A DNA stretch of 64,000 bases, from assembly GCF_963921235.1 (NCBI RefSeq), contig NC_086097.1, positions 153,948,001 to 154,012,000 of the forward strand. Reading direction: 5' to 3'. The DNA is from Mobula hypostoma (lineage: Eukaryota). The first letter of the stretch is position 1. Each line of letters begins with the position of its first letter. Position numbers and translations under genes: made by a program. The notes under the pieces are model-generated. The model did not search any database, had not been told where the DNA came from, and worked only from the letters and a program-made list of their open reading frames with translations. Positions 35,755 through 49,250 of this stretch are shown here, in pieces.

Positions 35755-37833
35755 AAGACCATAAGACAGAGCAGCAGAATTAGGCCATTCAGCTCATCGA
35801 GTTTGCTCTGCTATTTCATTATAGCTGATCCTGGATCTCATTCAACCCCATATTCCTGCCCTCTCACCATGCCCTGAACAATCAGGAATCTATCAACTTC
35901 CATTTTGAATATACCCATGGACTTGGCCTCCATAGCAGTCTGTGGCGGAGCATTCCAGATTCACCACTCTTTGGTTAAAAAAAGATCCTCCTTATCTCTG
36001 TTCTAAAAGGTTGCCCCTCAATTTTCAGGCTGTGCCCTCTAGTTCTGGAGACCCCCACCATACGAAACATTCTCTCCATGTCCACCCTATCTAGTCCTTT
36101 CAATATTTGATAGTTTTCAATGAGATCTCCATACATTCTTCTAAATTCCGTTAAGTACAGGCCCAAAGCTGCCAAACTCTCCTCATATGTTAACCCCTTC
36201 ACTCCTGGAATCATTCTTGTGAACGTCCTCTGAACGCTCTCCAATGACAATACATCCTTTCTGAGATGAGGGGTTTGAAACTGTTGGCAAAACTGCAAGT
36301 TCAGTCTGACTAGTGTCTTATAAAGCTTCAGCATTATTCTATTATCCATGAAATAGATGCCAATATTGCATTTGCCGCCTTTACTACAGACTCAAACTGT
36401 GAATAAACCTTCCTGGAGTCTTGCATGAGGACTCCTAAGTCCCTCTGCACCTCTGATGTTTGATTTTTCTCCCCATTTAGGTAACAGTCTGCACTATTGT
36501 TCCTTTTACCAAAATGCATTATCATACATTTCCCAATACTATATTCCATCTGCCCCTTATTTGCCCATTCTTCCATTTTGTCTAATTCCTGCTGCAATCA
36601 CATTGCTTCCTCAGCACTATCCACCCCTCCACATATCTTTGTATCATCTGCAAACTTTGCCACAAAGCCATCAATTCCACTATCTAAATTGTTAACAATG
36701 TGAAAAGCAGCAGTCCCAATACTGACCCCTGAGGAACACCACTAGTCACTGGCAGCTGACTAGAAAAGGTCCCCTTTACTCCCTCCTGCCTGTCAGTCAT
36801 TGTTCTATCCATGTCAGTATCTTTCCTTTAACAGCATAAGATATTATCACATCAAGCAGCCTCATGTGAGGCACCTTATCAAATGCCTTCTGAAAATCTG
36901 TAAATGTTATCCATTACCTCTCCTTTGTCCACCCTGCTTGTTACTTCCATGATTAATTCTAACAGAGTTGTCAGGCAAAATTTCCCTTTATAGAAACCAT
37001 GCTGAATTTGACTTATTTTATCATTAGTCTCCAAGTACCCCTAAACTCTATCCTTAATAATGGACTCCAACACTTTCCCACCCACTGAGGTTAGGCTAGC
37101 TGGCCTGTAATTTCCTCTCTTTTGCCTTCCTCCCTCCTTAAAGAGTGGAGAACACTTGCAATTTTGCAGTCCTCTGGGACCATGCCAGAATCAAGTGATT
37201 CTTGAAAGATCATGACCAATACATCCTTATCTCTTCAGCAACCTCTCAGGACTCTGGGGTGTAGTCCATATGGTCCAGGTGACTTATCCACCTTAAGACC
37301 TTTCAGTTTGCCTAGCACTTTTTCCTTTGTAATGGCAATGGGACTCACTCCTGAACCTTGACCTCTGACATCCAGCCAGTGTCTTCCCCAGTAAAGAGTG
37401 AAGCAAAATACTTATTAATACTTGTTAATCTGCCATTTCTTTGTCCCCCATTACTAACTCAACAGCATCATTTTCCAGTGGTCCAATATCATTCCTAACC
37501 TCCCTTTTACTCTTTATATAACTGAAAAAATCATATTCTGATCGCTGCACCCTAAGGGTTCCTTTACCGACAAAAAAAATCTGGGTCATTACACAACTCC
37601 CAATCTAAGTAGCCTTTCCCCTAGTAGGCTTGAGAACAAGCTGCTCTAAGAAGCCATCTCGTAGGCATTCAACAAATTCTCTGTCTTGCGATCTGACACC
37701 ACCCTGATTTTCCCAATCCCTTTGCATATTGAAGTCCCCCTTTACAATTGTGATATTACCCTTATTACATTCCCCTTCCAGCTCCCTTTGCAATCTCAAG
37801 CCCACGTCTTGGCTACAATTTGGAGGCCTATAT
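35755..37833 (-). mobile_element. CR1 LINE (5'-truncated, internally deleted) inserted into the Rex 3' UTR
   Basis: Tail aagaccataagac; LYKTLVR, FADDT, SGVPQGSVLG and IYRPPN at the truncation point. tatat is duplicated at the flanks. Confidence 0.88.
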
Positions 37834-37969
37834 ATGATATGTAGCTAGATGACAAGAAAATATGAACTTGAATTTGAAATTGTTACTCCACCCTTTGCAG
37901 GAAATTAAGACCTCCCTGTAACCAGTTTCCTCTACCCAAACGCATCAGCCAAGATGAGCTGGAGAAATA

Positions 37970-38075
37970 GAAACACAAGAGACTACAGATGCTGTCATAT
38001 AAAGCACCAATCAATTTACGGAGGAACTCAATGGGTCAAAAGGAATTGTTGACTCGTTTAGTTGAAACCTTGCAT
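37970..38075 (-). mobile_element. Degenerate Penelope-derived short element
   Basis: aaacacaagagactacagatgctg..ggaggaactca..ccttgcatca, homologous to 11768-11897. Confidence 0.6.
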
Positions 38076-40290
38076 CATGGTTCTGAGATATGTTTTTGCC
38101 CAAATACATATTTTGAAGTTGTGAAGACCAACGCCTAGAAGTTGAATTTCACTTGTTATTCCTGCACATAATAATGACCTCATTATTACAAAAAGTTATG
38201 AAATTGGGCAAAATACATTAGCAACAGTCCTATAACCATGTCTGACAGATTCCTGTGCTGAAATGGGATTTGCGTAGTTTCTATTGTGAGCTGTTTGAAT
38301 ACCTTACAGAAGAATGTCAGATTGTGAAAGTACTCTTCCTGGCAGCCACAGATCAGCTGCATAACAGGCAGTCATAAAGGTGTGGAAAGACAAAGAAGAC
38401 GCTGCATGAGTGGGCATGTTCTATAAAATGGTCCTCCCTGGATAAGGGCCAGTGATTGCAGTGCGCTGCTGTGATGTGACTTGTATAGAAAGACTGTGAA
38501 CAGGGAAAGGATGATCAGTGATGCCATTTCTATTATCTTGAACACTGGGAATTGAAGCTGACTTGTTAATGAACATCCTATGCTCAGTAGAATTATTCCT
38601 TTTTCTGCGTGCTTGTTTAATTTGTGAAGTTCCATTTTATGCTGGTAGCGGGGCAAGTACGTAGTGCATAACTTTTCATTCATTCTGCGCCAGGAAAAAG
38701 CCAAGTATCCAAGGTGAACTAAGCATCAAAGTGCTTGACTAATTTCCCAATATGTGCAATTTCACCTGGAAATGATTGCTAACATGATGCTACCCAGGTG
38801 AAAACACTTCTATGTGTCACTTGTAACTGAAAAGTTTGTACTAACACATTGAATTTCATTGCTAAAATTTGTTTTCTGTCCTTTCATTAATTCAAATTTC
38901 CCTGATGACATTTGCTATTTTTATTATAAATAATGTTGGTGCATTGTTTTTGGAGTTTTATTTGGAAAATTAGAGTGCATTTTTCCAAGGAACTGGAGAG
39001 TGAATATCAATAGGTTCATCAGCTCATCACTGAGCTTTACTGAATAATGACTCATTTGCAACAGATAAGAAATTTAGAGGAAGGATGAATTAATAGTCCT
39101 GTAGCTGAAACACTTCTCTTATTAGCTCACGGGCAATTGAATTACACTTGTGCTTGGGACCAGCTAAATCAGCCTCCATCTGTGATCAGCCCCAATCAGT
39201 GTCTCATGCCTTCATGGTTCATTAACATACTGATTCATTTCTTTACCCAAGGTCACGGAAATTGAAAATATTTAGAGACTTTGTGGCGACTTTCTACTTT
39301 ACTATGCAGCTGAGGCAATCTCATGTAATGAGTCAGTTACCAATACTCAAAAGAGCCCTGTTTCCATCCATTTGAAGTCAAACACCCAAAAATTAAGAAA
39401 AAAATCATATTTTTCTTTTATGAAGAGCATCATCTATTTATAGCTTTCTTTGCTGCATCTGAAAAGATTCTTCCACTAACAATAAATTTATTTTAGTAAC
39501 AAGAGAAAATCTGCAGATGCTGGAAATCAAGGTAACACAAACAAAATGCTAAAGGAACTCAGCAAACCAGGCAGCATCCATGGAAAAGAGTAACAGTTGG
39601 CGCTTCGTGCCGAGACCTTTCATCAGGACATCAGACCTGGCCTGCTGAGTTCCTCCAGCATTCTGTTTTTTCTTTAGTAATTCTCTTTGTGCTATGATGA
39701 TGTAAAGGCTTCAGTGAAAATATTCCTATCCCTTATGGATAGCATAACTGTCATTCTGGTATTTGATATCCAAAACACATCAGCCACACTTCAGTTAACA
39801 GTGAATTGTTGTGTTACCACAGACACTGGAAAAGGAAATATAAGTGAATTTATTGTATTTCTCGGATCAACTTACTGTATATCGTAACAAAAAAAGATGT
39901 ACTGGAGTCAGTTCCATCAATTAATAATTTTAAAGGTACAAAAGAAATAGTCAGGAGTTCCATGTTATTCTTTGTCACAGAGGGCACATTGACCCATGTT
40001 AAATTTCTTAGAGATCATTATAGGCCAACTGGGTAATTAATTATTCAATCACCCACAGTTATTAAGAATGCATTGCTCTCATTCTTAGTTACTTCCTAAT
40101 TACACACACCAGCTTCATGGGTGCATTTATGTTCCAACAAAGATGGTCTGGAGGTGACTAGCAGTTTGAGTGACAATAGAGATGAATCCAGTGTAATGGC
40201 CTTCTTCTCCAAAAGATGCAATTGAGCAGACATTGTTCTGACTCTAGTTCTCTTCAGAATCCATCTGATCCTTGTCTCTCATTCATGTTT
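38076..40290 (-). pseudogene. Cluster of ITPR-like exons (~40110-40290, 39876-39930, ~39700-39825, ~38500-38765, 38303-38356, 38076-38161)
   Basis: LHLL..LSLKLL..HEA|ELLIDGTD ~ LHLT..GALQLL..FKQVQLLVTSQD; LLTEVWL ~ VEKSELWV; RMNEKLC..ILLSIG..LQFPVFK ~ RLSKLC..LLRNMG..LQIPYEK; EYFHNLTFFCK ~ AHEFLQNFCA. Clean splice sites include gtaagt (39870-75), tttccttttccag (39826) and tcatttccag (38766). Confidence 0.6.
39500..39672. mobile_element. Penelope-derived short hairpin element
   Basis: TSD tttagtaa; inverted arms aatgctaaaggaactcagca and tgctgagttcctccagcatt; degenerate CTGATGA core on the minus strand. Confidence 0.75.
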
Positions 40291-40455
40291 AATCAATTAA
40301 TAATAGAATAGAAATAGTCTAGACGGCTCTGCTTTGGACAATATTAGACCTATTTACAACTTGCCTTAAGTAAAATTTTAGAAAAGTAGTGTTTTGACAA
40401 TTAAGTGATTACTTGAATAAATATTCTATTCCCAAGTATCAATCAGGTTTTGGAG

Positions 40456-41475
40456 TTGAATTGCTTTTATTTCTTACGTCCTTCACATACATGAGGAGCA
40501 AAAATCTTTATGTTACATGTCCATCTAAATGTGCAATGTGCAATCATAGTAATTTGTAATAAATAGAATAGTCAAAGTAATATAGAAATATACTCAAATC
40601 AGCATAAGTTAATCAGTCTGATGGCCTGGTGGAAGAAGTTGTCTGGGAGCCTGTTGGTCCTAGCTTTTATACTGCGGTACCATTCACTGGATAGTAGCAG
40701 CTGGTATGGATTGTGGCTGAGGTGGCTCGAGACCCCAGTGATCCTTCAGGGCCTTTTTTTACACCTGTCTTTGTAAATGCCCTGAATCATGGTAAGTTCA
40801 CAACTACAGATGTGCTGGGCTGTCTACACCACTCCCTGCAGAGTTCTACGATTAAGGGAGGTACAGTTCCCATACCAGGCAGTGATGCAGCCAGTCAGGA
40901 TGCTCTCAATTGTGCTCCGGTAGAAAATTCTTAGGATTTGGGGGTCCATTCCAAACTTCCTCAACCGTCTGAGGTGAAAGTGATGCTGTTGTACCTTTTT
41001 CACCACACAGCCTCGTGTGTACAGACCACGTGAGGTCCTCAGTGATGTGGATGCCGAGGAACATAAAGTTGTTTACCCTCTCAACCCCAGATCCATTGAT
41101 GTCAATAGGGGTTAGCCCCTCTCCATTCCTCCTGTAATCCACAACCAGCTCCTTTGTGTTTGTGACATTGAGGGAGAGGTTGTTTTCTTGACACCACTGA
41201 GTCAGAGAGATGACTTCTTCCCTGTAGGCCTCCTCGTTATTGTTTGAGATTAGACCAATCAATGCAGTGTCATTGGCAAATTGAATTAGCAGATTAGAGC
41301 TGTGGGTGGTGACACAGTCATGGGTATACAGAGTCTAAAGGAGGGGACTTGGTACACAGCACCGAGGAGCTCCTGTGATGAGAGTCAAAGGGGTGGAGGT
41401 GAGGAAGCCCACTCTGACCACCTGCCAGTGATCTGACAGGAAGTCCAGGGTCTAGCTGCACAAGGCAGGGTCAAG
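40456..41475 (-). mobile_element. Rex/Babar LINE 3' portion
   Basis: EEAYREEV..WCQENNLSLNV..FLGIHITEDLTWS..LRRLRKFG..IESILTGCITAWYGN. Confidence 0.9.
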
Positions 41476-41489
41476 AGGTCCAAAATCCA

Positions 41490-42630
41490 TGACATTGTGT
41501 TTGGTGTACTGTAAAGATCAATTCTGGTCCTGTTGTTGTTCTCACTCTACATGCTCCCCTTAGGCCAGAATATTTCAAAACACAAGGTGAATGACCACAG
41601 ATGTGCAGAAAATGCACAACTGTATCTGTCTATTACACCACATTACCCTGAGGCTCTAGACCCTCTGGTCTGCAGTCTTACTAGCAGTACAGAATGGATG
41701 AGTGTTAATTTCCTTAAACTAAGTAAGGAAAAAAAAACAGATTTTGATTATTGGTAGCAAAAAAAAGTGTGAATCTTAGAAATAAAATAGATCATCTGGT
41801 CTTATAAACCAAGCCAAAAGTAACAAGTTGAGGCATTAGTATTAACTCTGAGCTAACTTTCAAATCATATACTCACCATATTACTAAGACTGTGTTCTTT
41901 CATTTAAGGAACATTGCAGGAGTACGATTTCTTATAACATCTCAAGATGCAGGAAAATTGATACACATTTTTGATTTTAGCCAATTACAGACTACTCTAG
42001 TGCACTCTTTTCAGGACAGCCTAAGAAATATCTAAATTCAGATTGTTCGAAGTGCAGCAGCAAGAATTTTAACCAAAAAAAGAAAATCTGAGCACATTCA
42101 CCAATTTTGGCATTTTACATTGACTGCCTTTGTCCTTTAGGATCAATTTTAAAATACTCTTAATTGTATATAGGGGTCTGAATAATTTCGCTCCTCGGTA
42201 TGTTTTTGGAGTACCTACATCCCAATTCGTAATCCTGGATATACAAATACTGGTTTGCTTAGTGTTCCTACAGCCAACCATATAAGAACTGGTGATGCAT
42301 CCTTTTCCTCTTATGCACCAAAAATCTGGAATACTCTGCCTTCGGAAATACACGAGGCTGGTACTGTGGAACACTATAAAACACTCTTAAAAACCTACTT
42401 TTTAAATTGGGCCTACTTATAGGATTATTTAATGCCTGCTGATGTTGATTATAGTAATAGAATTTGGCATATTTGATTACATTTTATTCTATATAATGTT
42501 TGTCTTATGATTTATCTTGTATTTATATGACTATGTTGATTTATTTTTACAATCTACTGTATGTAAAGCACTTTGAGCCTGCATCTTAATGTATGAAAGG
42601 TACTATATAAATAGTTGTTATTATTATTAA
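41490..42630 (+). mobile_element. L2-clade LINE 3' portion
   Basis: SILVLLLFSLYMLPLGQ..AQLYLS..NFLKL..FFHLRNIA..EHI.P..LH*LP..RINFKIL and a (TTA)n tail. Confidence 0.85.
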
Positions 42631-43159
42631 GGGTATAAGCCATGGATTTCTCATTCCTCAGGACTTCAGTTTCCGTCGATTTTAAATAATAAATGCACCA
42701 AGAGAAATTAGAAGCCAGCAAGGATTGAGATACTTCCTATATTTATTTCCTGGCCTTCAGATTTTATTCCTTCCTCTTGAAAATGAGGCTTGAGTTCCAT
42801 AGATGCATCTTATGGAATGCCATAAATGCATACATGCATTTCTTGATACCCTTTTTGAATCATAACATTGTTTAATATTCATTTAGAGTACATGCCCATC
42901 ATTGACACAGGCAACACTCACTGCCCGTTAGTAATTGTCCTTGGGAAAATCATGGTGAGCCACCTACTTAAATGGCCATATTCCTCAATCTAAAAAAGAG
43001 ATTGCAATATATATGTACTTCAAGATGATGTGGAGGGAAATCTACAAGTAGTGATGCTTCAAGTTGTACTTCTCCATCTTGGTGGCAGAGTTTGTGACTG
43101 GGAGCTGTCATCAAAATAATTGCAGTACATTTTTCGAAAACCAAACACATTTTTTTCAG

Positions 43160-46100
43160 CGGGCTGCAACCAGCATGAGGAGTCGTTCATTGGTGATGCA
43201 ATGGGAGGTTTGAAAAGAGCTCAGGTGCTTTTGGCTTTTTTTTAGTGGACTGCAGTTAGTGTTTGAGGTCAATCATTGGTGAAGCAGCACCAAGTTCAAA
43301 AAGAGCTCAGGCATGTTCGGCGATTTTGCCAGAATATAATCCGTGAGAGGCTAATAAAAGGAATGGGGGTGTAGATGCAGTGGCCAGTGTTGGACTGGTC
43401 TGGATTTGGTTCAACAAGCTTAGGCAAAAACAGGCCTGGGAAGATTAGCCACATGCTCAAAATAAGTTCATAGTAAGTTGCTTTTTTTTTCTGTTCTTAC
43501 GTAGTGCGCTGAGAATGGATCCGAAGGTAATGGTATGCTATTTGTGTGAGACATGGGAACTCTAGGAGACCTCCAGTCTTGAGTTGCAGCTCCTGAGAAA
43601 CCGTGTTAAGGAACTCGAGCTGCAGCTCAATGACCTGTAGCTTATTTGAGAAAGTGAGGTGCTAGGTAGTAGTTACAGGGAGGTAGCCACCCCTAAATTG
43701 TAAGAGGCAGGTACTTGTGTGATTGTCAGGAGGGGGAAAGTGAGCCAGTGCAAAGGCCTCTATTTCCATTCAACTCAATAAGTATACAACTTTGGATACC
43801 ATTGGTGAAGCGGGGTGGGGGGGGGTGGGAAACATACCAGGGAGAAGACACTGAATCTGGCTCTGTGGCTCAGAAGGGAGGGGGACAAGTCAAGTGCAGT
43901 AATGATAGGGGATTCCATCATTAGGGTAACAGAAAGCAGATTCTGTGAATGGGAAAAAGATACCTGGATGGAGTGTTGCCTCGTAGGTGCCAGGGTCAGG
44001 AATGTCTCAGATCAGGTCCACAACATCGAGGTCATGGTACATATTGTTACCAACAACATATGTAGGAGAAGGGAGGAAGTACTGAAGAGATAGTATAGGA
44101 AGTTAAGCAGAGGCTGAAAATTAGGACCTCCAGGGTAGTAATCTCTGGATTTGCCATTTGCCAGTAAGGGTAAGAATAGAATGATTTGGCAGATGAATGT
44201 GCGGCTGAAGAACAAGTCCAGGGAGAGGGGCTTGATTTCAGATTTATGGGTCATTGGGATCTCTTACAGGAAAGATATGACCTGTACACAAGGATGTATT
44301 ACAGCTAAACCCAAGGGGGTCCAGATTACTTGCAGGCATATTTGCTAGAGCTGTTGAGAAGGGATTAAACTGATTTGGCAGGGGGCTGGGAAAGGGAGTG
44401 ATAGGGTTGTGGATGGGGCAGTAGGCACACAACCAGATGCAGTGCGTAGTGAGACTGAGGAAAGACAGGCAGATAATAGGACAACATTGCAGTCAATGGG
44501 ATATTAAAGTATAACAGGGGGCCAAAATCAAAAAAGATGATGAACACAGGACTGAAGGTGTTGTATTTGAATGCACGCAGTATATGGAATAAGGTAGATG
44601 ACTTTGTAGCACAGTTACACATCGGAAGGTATGACGTTCTGAGGATCACTGATTCAGGCTGAAAGAAGATCATAGTTGTGAGCTTAACATCCTAGGATAC
44701 CTTCGTATTGAAAGGAGGGACAGATAGGTATGAGAGTGTGAGGTGGCCCTGTTGGTAAAAAATCAAATCAAATCCTTAGGAAAAAGGTGACATAGGATCA
44801 GAAGATGTAGATTGCTTGTGGGTAGCATTATGAAACTGCAAGTCATAAAGATGCTGATGGAAGTTATATACAGGCCTCCAAACAGTAGCCAGGCTGTGGG
44901 CTACAAATTACAATGGAAGATAGAAATGGCATGTAAAACGGGCAATGTTATGATAATCATGGGGGATTTCAATATGCAGGAAGATTCGGAAAATCAGTTT
45001 GGTGCTGGATCCCAAGAGCAGGTACCTGTAGAATTCCTGTGAAGTGTTTTTTAGAGCAGCTTGTAGGGGTTACAGCCCACCGGGGACAGGGGTGGTGGGG
45101 GTGGCAATTCTGGATTGGGTGTTATGTGACGACACTGATTTGATTAGGGAGCTTAAGGTAAAAGAATCCTTAGAAGAGAGTGATCATAACATAATAGAAT
45201 TGATAAGGAGAAGCTAAGTTGGTTGTATCAGTATTACAGAGGTGTAAAGAGATATGCAGAGGCAGAAGAGAAAAACTGGCTGAAGTTGATTCGAAGGGGA
45301 CACACATAGGGATAATGGCAGAACAGGAATGGCTGGTGTTTCTGGGAAAATTTGCAAGGCGCAGGCAAGATACTTAACAAAGATGAAGAGGTACTCTAAA
45401 GGAAGGATGAGGCAACCGTGGGTGACGAGTGAAGTTAAAGACAGCATAAAAGTTAAAGAAAGGGTATATAATATAGTATATAAAAAAAATGTGGGGAAAG
45501 TGAGGATTGGGAAGCTTTAACAAGCCAACAGAAGGCAACTAAAAAGCCATAGAGAGAAGATTAAAATATGAAGGTAAGCTAACCAATAATATAATCGAGA
45601 AAACAATGAGTTTTTTCAGATATACATTATAAAGGATAAAAGAGAGATGAGAGTGGATTTTGCACCACTGGAAAATGGTGCTGGAGAGGTCCCTCTGGTG
45701 TATTCTGTTGTTGAGTACGTAGCAAATATTAACTTCATCAGCAACCAACCTTCAGACATGAACGTGGATTGTAGATTGAATTTAAAATGCAACCCTAAGC
45801 AATAGTTTTTTCTGGAAAAATGCACTGGAGTTGATTGCAAACCAGACAGTGCTGATTAACGTTCATTTTGGGTGTCTGGAGTGTGGGTGCAAAGAAGGAG
45901 GTGTGTGAAAACTGTATGTAATTGAAAGGAGGCATTATAGATACATTGTAAGCATAGAATTGTCCTACTGTTACCTTTGATCTTTAGCATATGTCATGTA
46001 ATATGGGGTTGGGAGGCCTCTTCATCCAAGAGTGTCTAATTTTTTTGAATAAAACGCTAGCTTCAGTGTCTCTTCAGTGACTTTGTTCACATTACAACAA

Positions 46101-47000
46101 GATTATAAAGAAGGACAAAGAAACAGTGGACAAATTTAATAAAGACTTTGTGTTAGACTTCACTGTGGAAGACACTAACAGAATGCCAGAAATGTGAGCG
46201 TGTCAGGGAGGCAATACTGAGTGTTGTTGCTATCACTAAGAAGGAAGTGTTAAGGAAGCTTAAAGGTATGAAGATAGATAAGTCACCTGGACCAGATGAA
46301 CTCCATTCCAGGTTCTGAAGGAGGAAGCAACAGATGTTGTGGAAGAGTTAGTAGTGATCTTTCAAGAATCACTAGATTCAGGAATGGTTCCTGAGTTCTA
46401 GAAAATTGCAAATGTCACTCCACTCTTGAAGAAGGAAGGGAGGCAGAAGAATGTAATTTGTAGACCAGTTAGCCTAACTTCGGTAGTTGAAAAGATGTTG
46501 GAGCCTATTATTAAGGATGAAGTTTCGGGGTACTTGGAGACACATTAGAAAATGGGCCAAAGTCAGAACAATTTTCCAAAGAGGCAAATCTTATCTGACA
46601 AATCTGTTGGGATTCTTTGAGGAAATAAAAGACAAGATAGACAAAGGAGAGTCAGTGGATGTTAATTATTTGGGTTTTCAGAAGTCTATGACCAGAGGGC
46701 ACAGCCTCAGAATTGAGGGATGTCCATTTAGAACAGAAATGAGGAAAAAATTCTTTAGCTAGAGGGTAGTCAATCTGTGGAATTCATTGCCACAGACTGC
46801 CATGGAGGCTAAGTCATTGAGCATACTTAAGGTGGTGGATGATAGCTTCTTGATAAATTAGAGTGACAAAATTTAAGGGGAGAAAGCAGGATAATGAGTT
46901 GAGAGGGATAATAAATCAACCATGATGGAATGGCAGAGGAGGTGTGATGGGCCAAATGGCCTTATTCTGCTCCTATGTCTGATGGTTTTATGGTCTTATT
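43160..47000 (+). mobile_element. Decayed near full-length CR1 (duplicated 5' UTR unit, ORF1 SGNH esterase, ORF2 with a large RT deletion at ~46685)
   Basis: MIGDSIIR, CCLVGARV, VLYLNARSI, IYRPPN, MGDFN and KSPGPD; VDV.YLGFQK is joined directly to TRGHSLRI; tail ttctgctcctatgtct..ggtctta. Confidence 0.88.
45706..46099 (+). mobile_element. Probable solo LTR inside the CR1
   Basis: TGTTGT...ACAACA inverted termini and AATAAA about 50 bp before the end. It interrupts CR1 ORF2; no clear TSD. Confidence 0.6.
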
Positions 47001-47909
47001 TTAAACACGATGAGCAGTGGTGGAGGAAGTGAAAGCTTAGGGTGGTGGATGTGATGCCTATCAAGTGGGTTACTTTCTCCAGACTGGTATTTAGCTTCCT
47101 GTGTTGGTGGAATTCCACACATTCAGGCAAGTGGAGAGGATGCTATTACACTCCTGACTTGAGACTTGTTGGCATGTAAAAGCTTTATGGTACAGGGAAC
47201 TGAATGACTCCTTGCTACAATGTACAGCGTACAGTACGTATGTGGCTGCTTTAGTTAAGTTTCTCATAAACTGTGAGCATGACGTTTATGGTGAGGAACA
47301 TGGCAATGGTAATATAATTTGTTGTTGTCAAGGATAACTAGTTAATCTCCCTTTTATATGAGATGGTCAATGGTTGAATCTTGTGTAAGATAGTTGTTAC
47401 TTCCTGGAACATTCATGTTTTCTAAGTCTTACTGCATGCAAGTATTGCAAGGCTTCAGTTTCTGAGTAGTCACAAGTTGAACTGAGCACTGCAATTATCA
47501 GTGAACATCATTATTTCCGACTAAGGAAGGAAGATAATTGATAAAGGTCTTTCAGGTGGTTGGGCATTGGACATTGCCTCAAGGAACACCTGCAGCAATG
47601 TACTGGTGCGGTAGAAATTGATTCCAATGACTGCATTCACCTTTCATTGTGCAAGGTGTGCCTCTGTGTCATGTATTTACTTTACTTTCACCTGGAGTCC
47701 TTTCTGCTCCTGCATCGAAATTAGAAACAGTCACACTCAACTTGCCCAAGGTCTTAAATGTTGCCTGTGTTGAAATCTGGATTTCATTGGTACTGGTGAA
47801 AGCCAAATTGAGCATCATTGAGCAGATTATTGATGAGAAAATGTTGCTTGATGTCTCTGTTTACATTGCCTTCTATTACTTTGCTGATGATTAAGGATAA
47901 ACAAATGGT

Positions 47910-48186
47910 GTGGCGCATGGCCAAGTGGTTAGGACATCAGTCTAGTGACCTGAAGGTCACTAGCTGAGCCTTGGCTGAGGCAGTGTGTGTGTCCTTGAGC
48001 AAGACCCTTAACCACACACTGCTCTGCGACGACACCGGTGCCAAGCTGTATGGGTCCTAGTGCCCTTCCCTTGGACAACATCAGTGGTGTGGAGAGGGGA
48101 GACTTGCAGCATGGGCAACTGCCGGTCTTCCGTACAACCTTGCCCAGGCCTCAGTCAACATCGAAAATCGAGGGACAGCCGAAAAA
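47910..48186 (+). mobile_element. tRNA-derived SINE
   Basis: Perfect 17-bp TSD aaggataaacaaatggt (47893-47909 and 48187-48203), A-box-like tggccaagtgg, and an A-rich end. Confidence 0.85.
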
Positions 48187-48301
48187 AAGGATAAACAAAT
48201 GGTATGCTAATTAGATTGAATTTCCCCCACTATTTGCCAACATTAGCAGTCTCCAGATACAATGAAAAAATTCAACACAGGCTGGGAATTAAATTCGTCA
48301 C

Positions 48302-48516
48302 CTTTCTATTCTGAAAAATTCATTTCTAAATAAGGCAGTAAATTCACCAATAAAGTATAAGAATTGTTTCCTTTTTAATTACCTTTACAAAAAAATAAAA
48401 CTGTAAAACTACATTCAACTTAATGGTCAACGTGTATAGAAAAGATCTAAGTGACATTAGAGATAAATTTCCATTGAATGAAAAATCATGTGTACGCATG
48501 AGGCCTCTATAGAATT
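48302..48516 (-). pseudogene. ITPR-like exon (one frameshift)
   Basis: Long pyrimidine tract ending cacag|, donor aag|gtgacg. LTIKLNVVLQF / QFLYFIGEFTALFRNEFF ~ MDTKLKIIEILQF..DYRISCLLCIFKREFD. Confidence 0.7.
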
Positions 48517-48710
48517 CTGTGATATATGCAAGAAGAAAAGACAAAAACAAAGGAAGTTTTTGCACTGTTTCCTCATTGTACTTCTGTGTAACCATATATC
48601 AGAGTTCTCTTTTTTAATAATAGCATCTTTTTCCCATTAATAATGAAGAGAATGCATTATTTTACATCAATACATTACAATTTCATTTCAATGAGAATAT
48701 AAATTAATTC

Positions 48711-48837
48711 CATATTTAGAGTAAGTTTCAGCATATTCTGCTGAACATGTAGATCCATTAAGCAAGTTAGGGAGTAGATGGCATATCTGTAGAAGAAAAA
48801 TTGTGGCTACTTTGGCCAAGTCACTGATCTTCTCCTT
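48711..48837 (-). pseudogene. ITPR-like exon (127 nt, open; donor mutated)
   Basis: ctttcttttcccttaatatcag|; reads KEKISDLAKVATIFLLQICHLLPNLLNGSTCSAEYAETYSKY, with FLLQICHLLPNLLN ~ DLLRLTKILLAILD. Its phase-1 end fits the exon starting at 48516. Confidence 0.65.
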
Positions 48838-49174
48838 CTGATATTAAGGGAAAAGAAAGTGATATTTATAAATCTTCCTCATATGTAATTCTTCAGTACA
48901 TTGTAACACACCCATGCACAAACACTATCTTCACTTTAAATTATTTCTGGTTGCCATTCTACTGAAACGTGAACCTGAAGAATACTGTGAGATTGACGCC
49001 CCCCACCCCCATCCCCGCAATTATCCACAAATTATGCCCACATTGCAGGCAGAATGTGGTGGAAGCAGTGGCCACCCCTGTGATGATGTACTAATCAATC
49101 CAAAGTCAAAAACAGTTCAATTTCTCTTACTGTATGTGATTCAAGTCTACCAATTATTTAAATGGAAAGAAAAC

Positions 49175-49250
49175 TAAATTGCTGGAAGAATTCAGCAGGT
49201 CAGGCAGCATCTGTGAGTGGTTGACTTTTCAGGTCAAGACCTTGCACCAG
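49175..49250 (-). mobile_element. Degenerate Penelope-derived short element
   Basis: tgctggaagaattcagcaggtcaggcagcatc..ttcaggtcaagaccttgca. Confidence 0.55.

Larger units (their letters stand above)
21660..37877 (+). mobile_element. Rex/Babar LINE split into three pieces (21660-22587, 35412-35754, 37834-37877) by nested insertions
   Basis: [32 protein letters not shown] stops at 22587 and resumes VKDPYHP..LPSRRRYRSIRT..NSFFP at 35414. The tail gatgacaagaaaatatgaacttgaatttga follows the CR1 ending at 37833. Confidence 0.8.

Noticed and set aside
37834..37870. Apparent splice acceptor (ttttcttgtcatctag) that could supply the first half of the exon ending at 19847
   Set aside because: It is the reverse complement of the Rex 3' tail (gatgacaa..tgaacttgaatttga), displaced by the CR1 at 35755-37833, so it is not host sequence.
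47910..47985. tRNA gene
   Set aside because: Only the head is tRNA-like, the B box is degenerate, and it continues into a SINE body with an A-tail and a 17-bp TSD.
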